Positions 1 through 7,600 of a stretch of 32,000 nt of DNA are shown here, in pieces. The notes under the pieces were generated by a model. It was not told where the DNA came from. It was given only the letters and a program-made list of their open reading frames with translations, and did not search any database. How positions within the stretch are numbered: position 1 is the first letter of the stretch; every line of letters starts with the position of its first letter. The translations under genes were made by a program, and so were the position numbers. The stretch comes from Nonlabens ponticola (GTDB lineage Bacteria > Bacteroidota > Bacteroidia > Flavobacteriales > Flavobacteriaceae), in NCBI RefSeq assembly GCF_003966335.1, contig NZ_CP034549.1, forward strand, positions 840,001 to 872,000. Direction: 5' to 3'.

Positions 1-1320
1 ATCTTCACGGGCTTCCTCTCTGGTCTTTCCGTTCATGAGCGCCTCAGTCTGCGCGATAAAGTTTGCGATGAGTTTATTATGGTGATCAGGTTGTTGGTAT
101 TTTGCTTTCGCGAAAGCTATAAAATGAGCCGGTATCAACTTTGTTCCCTGATGTATCAATTGGAAAAAAGCATGTTGCGAGTTGGTTCCTGGTTCACCCC
201 AAACAATGTTGCCTGTTTCATAATTTATAGGAATACCATCACGAGAAATGCTCTTACCATTACTCTCCATTATAGCTTGTTGCAAGTAGGCCGGTAATTC
301 CTTTAAGTACTGGGTGTAAGGTATGATGGCCTCGCTCTGGGCTTTAAAGAAATTGTTATACCAGATGGTGAGTAGTGCCAGTTGCACCGGTATATTATCG
401 CGGAATTCCGCATCTTTAAAATGCTCATCCATGGCATGTGCGCCATTCAATAAATGCTGGAAATTGCTGGTGCCAACGCCCAACGCGACAGACATTCCTA
501 CTGTGCTCCACAAGGAGAAACGGCCGCCTACCCAATCAAACATCGGGAAAATATTGTCCTGTGCCACGCCAAATTCTACCGCACGATCCACATTACTGCT
601 CACGGCGATAAAATGCTTGCCTACTGCATCTTCATTCACTTGTTCTTTAAACCAGTTGCGTATTGTAGTAGCATTAGTCAACGTTTCCTGCGTGCCAAAA
701 GATTTTGAAACAATCACAAACAGCGTTGTTGCTGGATCGATTTTTTTAAGGGTTTCCATCACGTGGTCACCTTCTACATTTGACACAAAGTGCAGTTTAA
801 GATCGTTGTGATATGCCTCAAGTGCCTGGTATATCATCACGGGTCCTAGATCGCTGCCTCCTATACCTATATTGACAATAGTGTCAAACTTTTCACCATT
901 GGCAGCGGTTATTTCACCTGTAAGTACTTGATCTACATAAGTGAACATTTTCTCACGACTGGCTTGTGCGTCTTTTACATAAGACTTAATGTTAGAATCT
1001 GCCTTTTCCAATGGCGTGCGCAATGCGGTATGCAGCACTTCACGACCTTCAGTCGAATTAATTTTTTCTCCATCAAAATATGATTGGATAGCCTCATCGA
1101 GCTTGCACTCATTTGCAAGGTCAATCAGTACCTCACGCGTAGCTGGCGTGATGAGGTTTTTAGAAAGATCTACATAAAAATCCTCAAACTCAATGGTAAA
1201 TTCCTGAGCTCTATCGGGACTATTTTTAAAGGCTTCTTTTAGATCAAACTTCTTAAGATTGTCATAGTGCGCCTTTAGGCTGTTCCATGCGTTGGTGGTA
1301 GTTGGGTCTATATTTTTCAT
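1..1320 (-). CDS. pgi: Glucose-6-phosphate isomerase, partial (C-terminus beyond the window edge)
   Basis: It is absent from the ORF track because it runs off the window. I checked all 440 minus-strand codons from ATG 1320-1318 down to position 1 and found no stop. Translation starts MKNIDPTTTNAWNSLKAHYD, contains NIGIGGSDLGP (about 850-880) and ends FIAQTEALMNGKTREEARED at the edge. There is an ATGA overlap with the stop of the upstream gene. Confidence 0.9.
   Translation of the reverse strand, partial: MKNIDPTTTNAWNSLKAHYDNLKKFDLKEAFKNSPDRAQEFTIEFEDFYVDLSKNLITPATREVLIDLANECKLDEAIQSYFDGEKINSTEGREVLHTALRTPLEKADSNIKSYVKDAQASREKMFTYVDQVLTGEITAANGEKFDTIVNIGIGGSDLGPVMIYQALEAYHNDLKLHFVSNVEGDHVMETLKKIDPATTLFVIVSKSFGTQETLTNATTIRNWFKEQVNEDAVGKHFIAVSSNVDRAVEFGVAQDNIFPMFDWVGGRFSLWSTVGMSVALGVGTSNFQHLLNGAHAMDEHFKDAEFRDNIPVQLALLTIWYNNFFKAQSEAIIPYTQYLKELPAYLQQAIMESNGKSISRDGIPINYETGNIVWGEPGTNSQHAFFQLIHQGTKLIPAHFIAFAKAKYQQPDHHNKLIANFIAQTEALMNGKTREEARED
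104..117. repeat. Palindrome family copy 1 (core GCTTTCGCGAAAGC), inside pgi
   Basis: Exact 14-nt core. It is read on the minus strand as I-A-F-A-K-A-K-Y. Confidence 0.95.
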
Positions 1321-2549
1321 AAAGTTGCTGCGCCGGTTTGATAAGGCACCTCGTCTATTTCTTCCTTGAGAGGCATGATAAAGTTCTGGTAGTCTGCCAT
1401 TTTTGCTTGTGGTAATGGCTCTGCACTTGGTAAATTTTGTTTGTAGGGATCTACCTGCTTTCCATTGACCCAAAACCTGTAGCATACATGTGGTCCAGTA
1501 GCGAGTCCTGTGCTACCTACAGTTCCTATCACTTGACCCTGATCCACACGTTGACCAACACTTACTTTTCTTTTAGTCATGTGCAGATACTGCGTTTCAT
1601 AAGTGCCGTTGTGTCTAATTTTTACATAATTACCGTTACCGCGAGTGTAACCAGACTTTGTCACTATTCCATTTGCCGTGGCAACAATTGGCGTTCCATA
1701 GCCAGCAGCATAGTCAGTACCCTTATGTGCTTTCCATCTTTTTTGTACTGGGTGAAATCTGCGTTTTGTATATCTACTAGAGATGCGCGTGTAGTTCACA
1801 GGCGCTTTCAAGAAAAAGTTGCGCAGTGTGGCGCCTTCTTCATTATAATATTCATGAACGGCCTCAGTAGAATCTACTACATAATCAAATGCATAATAGG
1901 GCTTGTTGCCAGTTTCAAAAACAGCAACCTCAATCCTGTCAATACCTGCATAAATGCTGTCATTGATGTAGCGTTCTTGAAAGATCATCTTGAAACGATC
2001 GCCTTTTTGTAATTTAAAGAAGTCGATAGTCCATTTATATATGTCTGAGAGTTCATAGATCGCACTCATGCCCAGACCTTGATCTTCCATGGCTTCAGAT
2101 AGAGTAGTTTCTATGGTTCCAGCGGCAATCCTGCGTGAGTAGGTGATAGGATGTTTGTCCTGTGTCGCTTCAAGGTTCTCGTTAAGCGTCAACTTTACAT
2201 AATCCATACGGCTAGGCTCATAGATAAAAGCCTCTGGTGTGTGGACACTGTCCTTGCGTTTTAAAATTTTGAAAGGTTTTCCTGCCTGGATCTTACGCAA
2301 ATCATAAATCTCATTGAGCTCTACGGCTGCTTGATAGGCGCTTTGACCTTCTACTAGGTGTGGTGCAATGAGGTCATTAAAGGTATCACCGCTTTGCACG
2401 GTGTCCTCGACAATTTCATAATTATTCAAGTCATAACCGTACTGCATTACCGGTATTACTGGTTTGACCTCGGCGATTTGAACTTCTTGTTTCTCATCGC
2501 AGGAAGCTAGCACAAGCAAACTGCATACGGCAATTAAAAATCTATTCAT
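1317..2549 (-). CDS. M23 family metallopeptidase, lipoprotein
   Basis: Lipobox-like N-terminus MNRFLIAVCSLLVLASC. The C-terminal M23 signature is HKGTDYAA ... GNYVKIRH ... YLHM ... GSTGLATGPHVCYRF. Confidence 0.85.
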   Translation of the reverse strand: MNRFLIAVCSLLVLASCDEKQEVQIAEVKPVIPVMQYGYDLNNYEIVEDTVQSGDTFNDLIAPHLVEGQSAYQAAVELNEIYDLRKIQAGKPFKILKRKDSVHTPEAFIYEPSRMDYVKLTLNENLEATQDKHPITYSRRIAAGTIETTLSEAMEDQGLGMSAIYELSDIYKWTIDFFKLQKGDRFKMIFQERYINDSIYAGIDRIEVAVFETGNKPYYAFDYVVDSTEAVHEYYNEEGATLRNFFLKAPVNYTRISSRYTKRRFHPVQKRWKAHKGTDYAAGYGTPIVATANGIVTKSGYTRGNGNYVKIRHNGTYETQYLHMTKRKVSVGQRVDQGQVIGTVGSTGLATGPHVCYRFWVNGKQVDPYKQNLPSAEPLPQAKMADYQNFIMPLKEEIDEVPYQTGAATL

Positions 2550-2552
2550 TCT

Positions 2553-3524
2553 TTAATCTGTATTATAAATGTGTTCTACCCATTGCTTGCCCCAATCCTC
2601 TTTTTCTTGATCGCTCCACAAACCAGGGAAAAAGGACACTCGCTGAAAATGCGGTGGTAGGAATTCCTTCCAGTTGGTACCACCAGTAGCTTCAACAGCT
2701 TTTCCTTCCTTGCGCAAATATCTGTGTGCCGCGCCCATGTGCATCAATAACCAGTTGATATTGACATTTTGATCCATTGCGCGCAGTGCATCCTTGAGCG
2801 GCTGTGTTTGCTCACTTTCTGGCAACGATAAGTAACGCTGGTACAGGTTACTATGTTGTACTTGATGTGCGATTCTCAAGAATCTAGGCGTGTACCTTTT
2901 TTCAAATTGCTTCAGTGTGAGCGTTTTCTCGCCAGTAGTCTTGTCAATACCGCCTTTTTTCCAGTAAATATGGTTGTATAAAGTTGGGATGTCTGTGGTT
3001 GTTCCGCTTTCGCGAAAGCGTAATCTATCCTGATAATTAACAAGATTGATGACATCTGTATTATAGAATTCAATCATGCGGAATTGTGCACTCTGGAAAC
3101 CACTGGCTGGCAACAACGACATACGGAATTTCAAGAATTGATCACGTTCCATGCCCTTGATCATCACCTCAAAACTGTTGATGAGCATGGTAAAATACCT
3201 GTTGATGCGCGTCACTTTCTCAGTAAAGAAGCTTGCGGTGAGGTGTTCCTCTTCAATAATTTGTAGCTGCTCGTGGATGGCTAGCTTGAAGTAAAGCTCT
3301 GTGATTTGATGATAACCTATGAAGATCATCTCATCTGGAAATGGCGTGGATGGCACCTGTAAACTGAGTAAGGTGTCTAGCCTGATGTAATCCCAATAGG
3401 TGATGTACTGGTCATAGAGCAGTCCATCGAGGTAGGAAAGCATGTCCTGTCCAGAGTTCTTAAACTTTTTCTCTAGAAGTTTGATGCGTTGAGCAATTTC
3501 AGGAGTAATCTGGTCGTCTGCCAT
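2553..3524 (-). CDS. kynA: Tryptophan 2,3-dioxygenase
   Basis: 323 aa. The N-terminal LSYLDGLLYDQYITYWDYIRLDTLLSLQ and the helical heme-dioxygenase pattern are typical of bacterial TDO. It is clustered with hppD and hmgA. Confidence 0.8.
   Translation of the reverse strand: MADDQITPEIAQRIKLLEKKFKNSGQDMLSYLDGLLYDQYITYWDYIRLDTLLSLQVPSTPFPDEMIFIGYHQITELYFKLAIHEQLQIIEEEHLTASFFTEKVTRINRYFTMLINSFEVMIKGMERDQFLKFRMSLLPASGFQSAQFRMIEFYNTDVINLVNYQDRLRFRESGTTTDIPTLYNHIYWKKGGIDKTTGEKTLTLKQFEKRYTPRFLRIAHQVQHSNLYQRYLSLPESEQTQPLKDALRAMDQNVNINWLLMHMGAAHRYLRKEGKAVEATGGTNWKEFLPPHFQRVSFFPGLWSDQEKEDWGKQWVEHIYNTD
3005..3024. repeat. Palindrome family copy 2, inside kynA
   Basis: CGCTTTCGCGAAAGCGTAAT. It is read on the minus strand as R-L-R-F-R-E-S-G. 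Confidence 0.95.
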
Positions 3525-3544
3525 GTAGTGATTTAAACGCTTTG

Positions 3545-3552
3545 CAAAAGTA
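3545..3552 (-). promoter_or_regulatory. Candidate Bacteroidota -7 box TACTTTTG upstream of kynA
   Basis: The minus strand reads TACTTTTG (consensus TAnnTTTG), 21 nt upstream of ATG 3524. Confidence 0.35.
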
Positions 3553-3583
3553 ATGAACCACAGCCAACTGCCTTTATTTTAAT

Positions 3584-3619
3584 CAAAAAATGCTGCCGAT
3601 TTTTAAGTCAGCAGCATTA
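3584..3619 (-). terminator. Candidate intrinsic terminator after the DUF3108 gene
   Basis: 8-bp stem AATGCTGC/GCAGCATT (3589-3596 / 3611-3618) with a 14-nt loop, followed on the minus strand by a T run. Confidence 0.4.
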
Positions 3620-3622
3620 TGA

Positions 3623-4414
3623 TTATTCCACAATTTTCATGAATTGATGCGAGAGTCCTTTGAAGGCATCAAGATCTGCAGTGAGTGATCCTACCGCAAG
3701 TTTTGCCTTGATCCTGAGCGGTATTTTATTCTTGTCATCGCTTATCCATACCGACAAACTTTCTTCTTCTTCAAACACACGACCTGATTGCACATACGGT
3801 CTAAATTCCAATGCATTGATCTTACCGAATTTAGTTTTAATCACCTCACGCTTCAAGAACTTCATTTTAAAGTCATAGTTCTCCTGATCAAAAAACATAG
3901 GGAGAATAAATTCATCACCTGGATTGAGATTATCAGTATCTACTGTGTTGCGCAAATGATAAAAGGCACTGACCATATCCTGAGTCCCAGGTTTGATAGC
4001 TTCCGTACTTACCTTTTTGCGCTTTTTATTATTGATAGTAGCTGTGAGTGCCTCGTGGTCAAAGTCGATCACAATATCCTTAGTATGACCGCCTTCATCG
4101 ATATCTCTTATAAAGCGGTACGGTGCTCCGGTCTCTTTATCTATATAGGTCTCATATTTATCATCAACCTCAAAAAAGAGATCCAGCAACCCAGTGGATT
4201 TACCACGACCTTTAATGTGGTATACTGGTTTGCCCTTATATCGGGCATTTGTAACATTAAGTGTTGCATAGCTGGCGTTGAACATCCCATAATGTATACG
4301 GAATTTGAACCACTCACCAGTATCAAATGCCTTGATAGGATCTGAATCATGCGGTGGTGTGAAACCAACTGTGGTTACCATTACAGCCGCTAATAAGAGT
4401 ATAAGTTTTTTCAT
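3623..4414 (-). CDS. DUF3108-like secreted protein
   Basis: The ORF track starts at TTG 4453. ATG 4414 gives the signal-like N-terminus MKKLILLLAAVMVTTVGF. The body (FKFRIHYGMFNASYATL ... LSVWISDDKNKIPLRIKAKL) resembles the DUF3108 family as I recall it. Confidence 0.65.
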   Translation of the reverse strand: MKKLILLLAAVMVTTVGFTPPHDSDPIKAFDTGEWFKFRIHYGMFNASYATLNVTNARYKGKPVYHIKGRGKSTGLLDLFFEVDDKYETYIDKETGAPYRFIRDIDEGGHTKDIVIDFDHEALTATINNKKRKKVSTEAIKPGTQDMVSAFYHLRNTVDTDNLNPGDEFILPMFFDQENYDFKMKFLKREVIKTKFGKINALEFRPYVQSGRVFEEEESLSVWISDDKNKIPLRIKAKLAVGSLTADLDAFKGLSHQFMKIVE

Positions 4415-4474
4415 AGGTAGCTTTTTGACCGTTTGCTCGCGGTTACTACTCAAATTACAAGATCTGTTCCAAAT

Positions 4475-5638
4475 TTACAATGTGCCGCGCAAAGCTTGTT
4501 CTCGCTCTATTGCTTCAAACAATGCCTTGAAATTACCTACCCCAAACGACTGTGCACCCTTGCGTTGAATTACTTCAAAAAACATGGTAGGTCGATCTAC
4601 GATAGTTTTGGTAAAAAGCTGTAATAGATAGCCTTCTTCATCGCGATCTATAAGAATACCATGTTTCTTGAGCACTTCTACATCTTCATCAATCTCACCA
4701 ACTCGCTCTAGTAGATCATCATAATATTCATCGGGCACGTATAAAAATTCTACACCGCGATCACGCATAGCACTTACAGTTGCCACAATATCATCTGTAG
4801 CGACTGCGATGTGCTGCACGCCTGGCCCATTGTAAAAATCAAGGTATTCCTCAATTTGTGATTTCTTCTTTCCTTTGGCCGGCTCGTTGATTGGGAACTT
4901 CACACGGCCGTTACCGTTACTCATCACTTTACTCATGAGTGCGGTATAATCTGTACTAATATCATCATCTGCAAAGGAGATGATTTGTGCAAAGCCCATA
5001 ACTTCACCATAGAATTTACACCAGGTATTCATCTCGTCCCAACCCACGTTACCTACCATGTGGTCGATGAACTTGAGACCTACTGGCTCTGGATTGTAGT
5101 GTGATTCCCATTTTTTATAACCAGGTAGGAATGTGCCTTGGTAATTTTTGCGTTCTACAAATAAATGAACGGTCTCACCGTATGTATAAATACCAGAAGT
5201 TACCACGCTGCCGTGCTCATCTTCACTTTTGGTAGGTTCTTGATAGGCTTTTGCGCCACGTTTGGTGGTTTCCTTAAAGGCACTTGTTGCATCATCTACC
5301 CATAACGCTACAATCTTGACGGCATCGCCATGCTCGTCGATGTGTCTATTTATTTCACCACCTTTTTGCAATGGCGATGTAAGTACCAGCGTGATTTTAT
5401 CCTGTTTCAACACATAAGAAACCCGATCCTTTAAGCCAGTTTCTAGCCCAGCATAAGCATGCGATTGAAAACCAAAAGCAGTCTTATAAAAGTGCGCTGC
5501 TTGTTTGGCATTTCCTACATACAATTCCACGTGGTCGGTGCCTAGTAGCGGTAGAAAATCCTCAGCTTCCTTGAATAACTTCTTAAGCGAGTACTCTGTG
5601 TTTTTAAGATCTTTGAGTTTTTTTATTTCTGCAGGCAT
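4475..5638 (-). CDS. hppD: 4-hydroxyphenylpyruvate dioxygenase
   Basis: 387 aa with a two-domain VOC fold. Motifs include HVELYVGNAKQAAHFY, FIDHMVGNV, GPGVQHIAVATDDI and the C-terminal FFEVIQRKG...GNFKALFEAIEREQ. Confidence 0.92.
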   Translation of the reverse strand: MPAEIKKLKDLKNTEYSLKKLFKEAEDFLPLLGTDHVELYVGNAKQAAHFYKTAFGFQSHAYAGLETGLKDRVSYVLKQDKITLVLTSPLQKGGEINRHIDEHGDAVKIVALWVDDATSAFKETTKRGAKAYQEPTKSEDEHGSVVTSGIYTYGETVHLFVERKNYQGTFLPGYKKWESHYNPEPVGLKFIDHMVGNVGWDEMNTWCKFYGEVMGFAQIISFADDDISTDYTALMSKVMSNGNGRVKFPINEPAKGKKKSQIEEYLDFYNGPGVQHIAVATDDIVATVSAMRDRGVEFLYVPDEYYDDLLERVGEIDEDVEVLKKHGILIDRDEEGYLLQLFTKTIVDRPTMFFEVIQRKGAQSFGVGNFKALFEAIEREQALRGTL

Positions 5639-5739
5639 GATGTCTTTATTTAAAAGATGAATGTGGATGAACGATCAAGTAATGAAAGAATCACCACATA
5701 GCTCTTGTTTGAAATAATGTAAATGCGCGCATGTAATGC

Positions 5740-6234
5740 TTATTGAATGCTGTCTAATTCTCGTGATTCTACATTCTCAATAACGGTATCGTTGGTGCCT
5801 TCATACTTCCATTCATCTACCTCGCTGGCAGAATCACTCTCATAGTCATACATATCGTCTGTGTCTTCAAAATCATCGACTTGAGAATCAAACTCGCCTG
5901 ATTCCAGTCGCTCTAGGAAATTATCGACATTAAATAAGTTTGCTCCTTCAAATATCAATCCTATAAACAAAAGAACGGCCACAATAATGGTACAGATCAT
6001 ATTGATGATTAGTCCTGTTTTTACATTAGAATAAGATTTTGCCGTGTATGCACCAGGATTCTGGTTGTAGGCTTTCTTGCTTTTTGCAGCCCATATCCAT
6101 CCTATACTTGTCAAGATAAGAATAGGTATGGCTAGTAAAGAGCAACAACAGCCTGTAAGTATAACCACAATACCTATGATTCCTATGACGAGCGCTCCAG
6201 GATCTGCGGATAATTTTTCTTTTATTTCGTTCAC
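5740..6234 (-). CDS. Small integral membrane protein with a CCC motif and an acidic C-terminal tail
   Basis: GTG start (no in-frame ATG nearby). Two or three hydrophobic segments, GIIGIVVILTGCCCSLLAIPILIL, and a C-terminal Asp/Glu-rich tail. Function unknown. Confidence 0.5.
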   Translation of the reverse strand: MNEIKEKLSADPGALVIGIIGIVVILTGCCCSLLAIPILILTSIGWIWAAKSKKAYNQNPGAYTAKSYSNVKTGLIINMICTIIVAVLLFIGLIFEGANLFNVDNFLERLESGEFDSQVDDFEDTDDMYDYESDSASEVDEWKYEGTNDTVIENVESRELDSIQ

Positions 6235-6256
6235 GTTTTTCGGTTGTTTTTAAATT

Positions 6257-6308
6257 TCTCTATTCTCTATTCTCTATTCTCTATTCTCTATTCTCTATTC
6301 TCTATTCT
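6257..6308. repeat. Heptanucleotide tandem repeat (TCTCTAT)x7.4, ATAGAGA on the coding strand
   Basis: Seven perfect head-to-tail units lie at 6257-6305, followed by a partial unit. The array fills almost the whole hmgA to CCC-gene spacer, and the hmgA stop codon (6302-6304) lies inside the array. Confidence 0.95.
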
Positions 6309-7459
6309 AGCCAACTCTTGTGATAGGAATCGTCTGCTATTTCTAGACCTTCTTTAGTCACTTTGAGTGGTTTAAAAGTATCTACCATTACGGCCAGTTC
6401 TTCGGTTTCAGTTTGTCCTATGCTACGTTCTACAGCTCCTGGATGAGGACCGTGAGGTATTCCTGCAGGATGTAGCGATATATGTCCAGCCTTGATGTCG
6501 TTACGGCTCATAAAGTCACCATCTACATAATACAAGACTTCATCACTATCGATGTTGCTGTGATTGTACGGTGCTGGTATGCTATCTGGATGATAGTCAT
6601 ACTTGCGCGGTACAAAACTACATACTACAAAAGCATCAGTCTCAAAGGTTTGATGTACCGGTGGTGGCTGGTGTATGCGACCAGTGATAGGTTCAAAATC
6701 GTGGATAGAAAATGCATACGGGTAATTATACCCATCATATCCAACCACGTCAAATGGATGCGAGGCATAAACCATTTCAAAAATCTCGTCCTGTTTCTTA
6801 ATCTTGATAAGGAACTCACCTTTTTCATCATGAGTATCTAGTGACTCTGGCCTGCGCAGGTCACGCTCACAAAATGGTGAGTGTTCCAGCAGTTGACCAA
6901 ACCAGTTGCGGTAGCGCTTGGGCGTGTAGATAGGTTTGCGACTTTCAACAATAAAAAGTCTGTTGACAGCGGTATCAAATTCTATTTGATAGATGATACC
7001 TCGAGGTATCAACAGGTAATCACCGTACTTGAATTCCAGATTACCTAGATGTGTGCGCAATACGCCACTACCTTTGTGTACAAACAATAACTCATCACTA
7101 TCAGAATTTTTATACCAGTAACCGGTCAGTGACTCTTGCGGCGATGCAAGGATAATATTGACATCTGCATTTGTGAGGACTGTCTTGCGGCTATCCAAGT
7201 AATCGGGTTGCGGCTTGATTTGAAAGCCCTTGAGCCGGTAACTTTTAATATGGTTTTCCAGCGCGATCTCTGGCTTTACAGAGTAACTGTTACGTATTTC
7301 CTTGACCATCGTTGGTCGGTGCTCATGATAGCTGTTGGTGTACATGCCATCAAATCCTATCGTGCCAAACAATTGCTCGTGATACAGCGAGCCATCTGGT
7401 TTTCTAAAAACCGTATGACGCTTGTGCGGTATCTTTCCTAGCTTGTGGTAAAAAGGCAT
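6302..7459 (-). CDS. hmgA: Homogentisate 1,2-dioxygenase
   Basis: 385 aa of the short bacterial HGD type, starting MPFYHKLGKIPHKRHTVFRKPDGSLYHEQLFG, with a cupin core. It is clustered with hppD. Confidence 0.88.
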   Translation of the reverse strand: MPFYHKLGKIPHKRHTVFRKPDGSLYHEQLFGTIGFDGMYTNSYHEHRPTMVKEIRNSYSVKPEIALENHIKSYRLKGFQIKPQPDYLDSRKTVLTNADVNIILASPQESLTGYWYKNSDSDELLFVHKGSGVLRTHLGNLEFKYGDYLLIPRGIIYQIEFDTAVNRLFIVESRKPIYTPKRYRNWFGQLLEHSPFCERDLRRPESLDTHDEKGEFLIKIKKQDEIFEMVYASHPFDVVGYDGYNYPYAFSIHDFEPITGRIHQPPPVHQTFETDAFVVCSFVPRKYDYHPDSIPAPYNHSNIDSDEVLYYVDGDFMSRNDIKAGHISLHPAGIPHGPHPGAVERSIGQTETEELAVMVDTFKPLKVTKEGLEIADDSYHKSWLE

Positions 7460-7567
7460 GATTGCTATTTATATTCGTAAATTTCGTGAATTCTCTAGAC
7501 CATTCCATGCAATAGGCTAATTTATTGATGCGGTGTCTATAAAAATGACGTGAAATTTTTTGGCATG

Positions 7568-7589
7568 TTACGCTTTCGCGAAAGCGTAA
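7568..7589. repeat. Palindrome family copy 3, the complete 22-nt form, intergenic
   Basis: TTACGCTTTCGCGAAAGCGTAA is a perfect palindrome. It begins 12 nt downstream of the patatin-like gene stop and lies upstream of hmgA. Confidence 0.97.
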
Positions 7590-7600
7590 TCCCAAAAAAT

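Noticed and set aside
79-811. Plus-strand ORFs 79-297, 323-811, 454-708 and 989-1177
   Set aside because: They lie antisense to a continuously open, clearly recognisable pgi reading frame (440 codons checked by hand). Their translations are low-complexity with no family features.
1437-4568. Long antisense ORFs such as 1437-2012(+), 3084-3266(+), 3788-4345(+) and 4305-4568(+)
   Set aside because: Each is fully embedded opposite a gene with strong family motifs (M23 peptidase, TDO, DUF3108, HPPD). They are Ile/Phe/Ser-rich, as expected for the antisense of AT-rich coding DNA.
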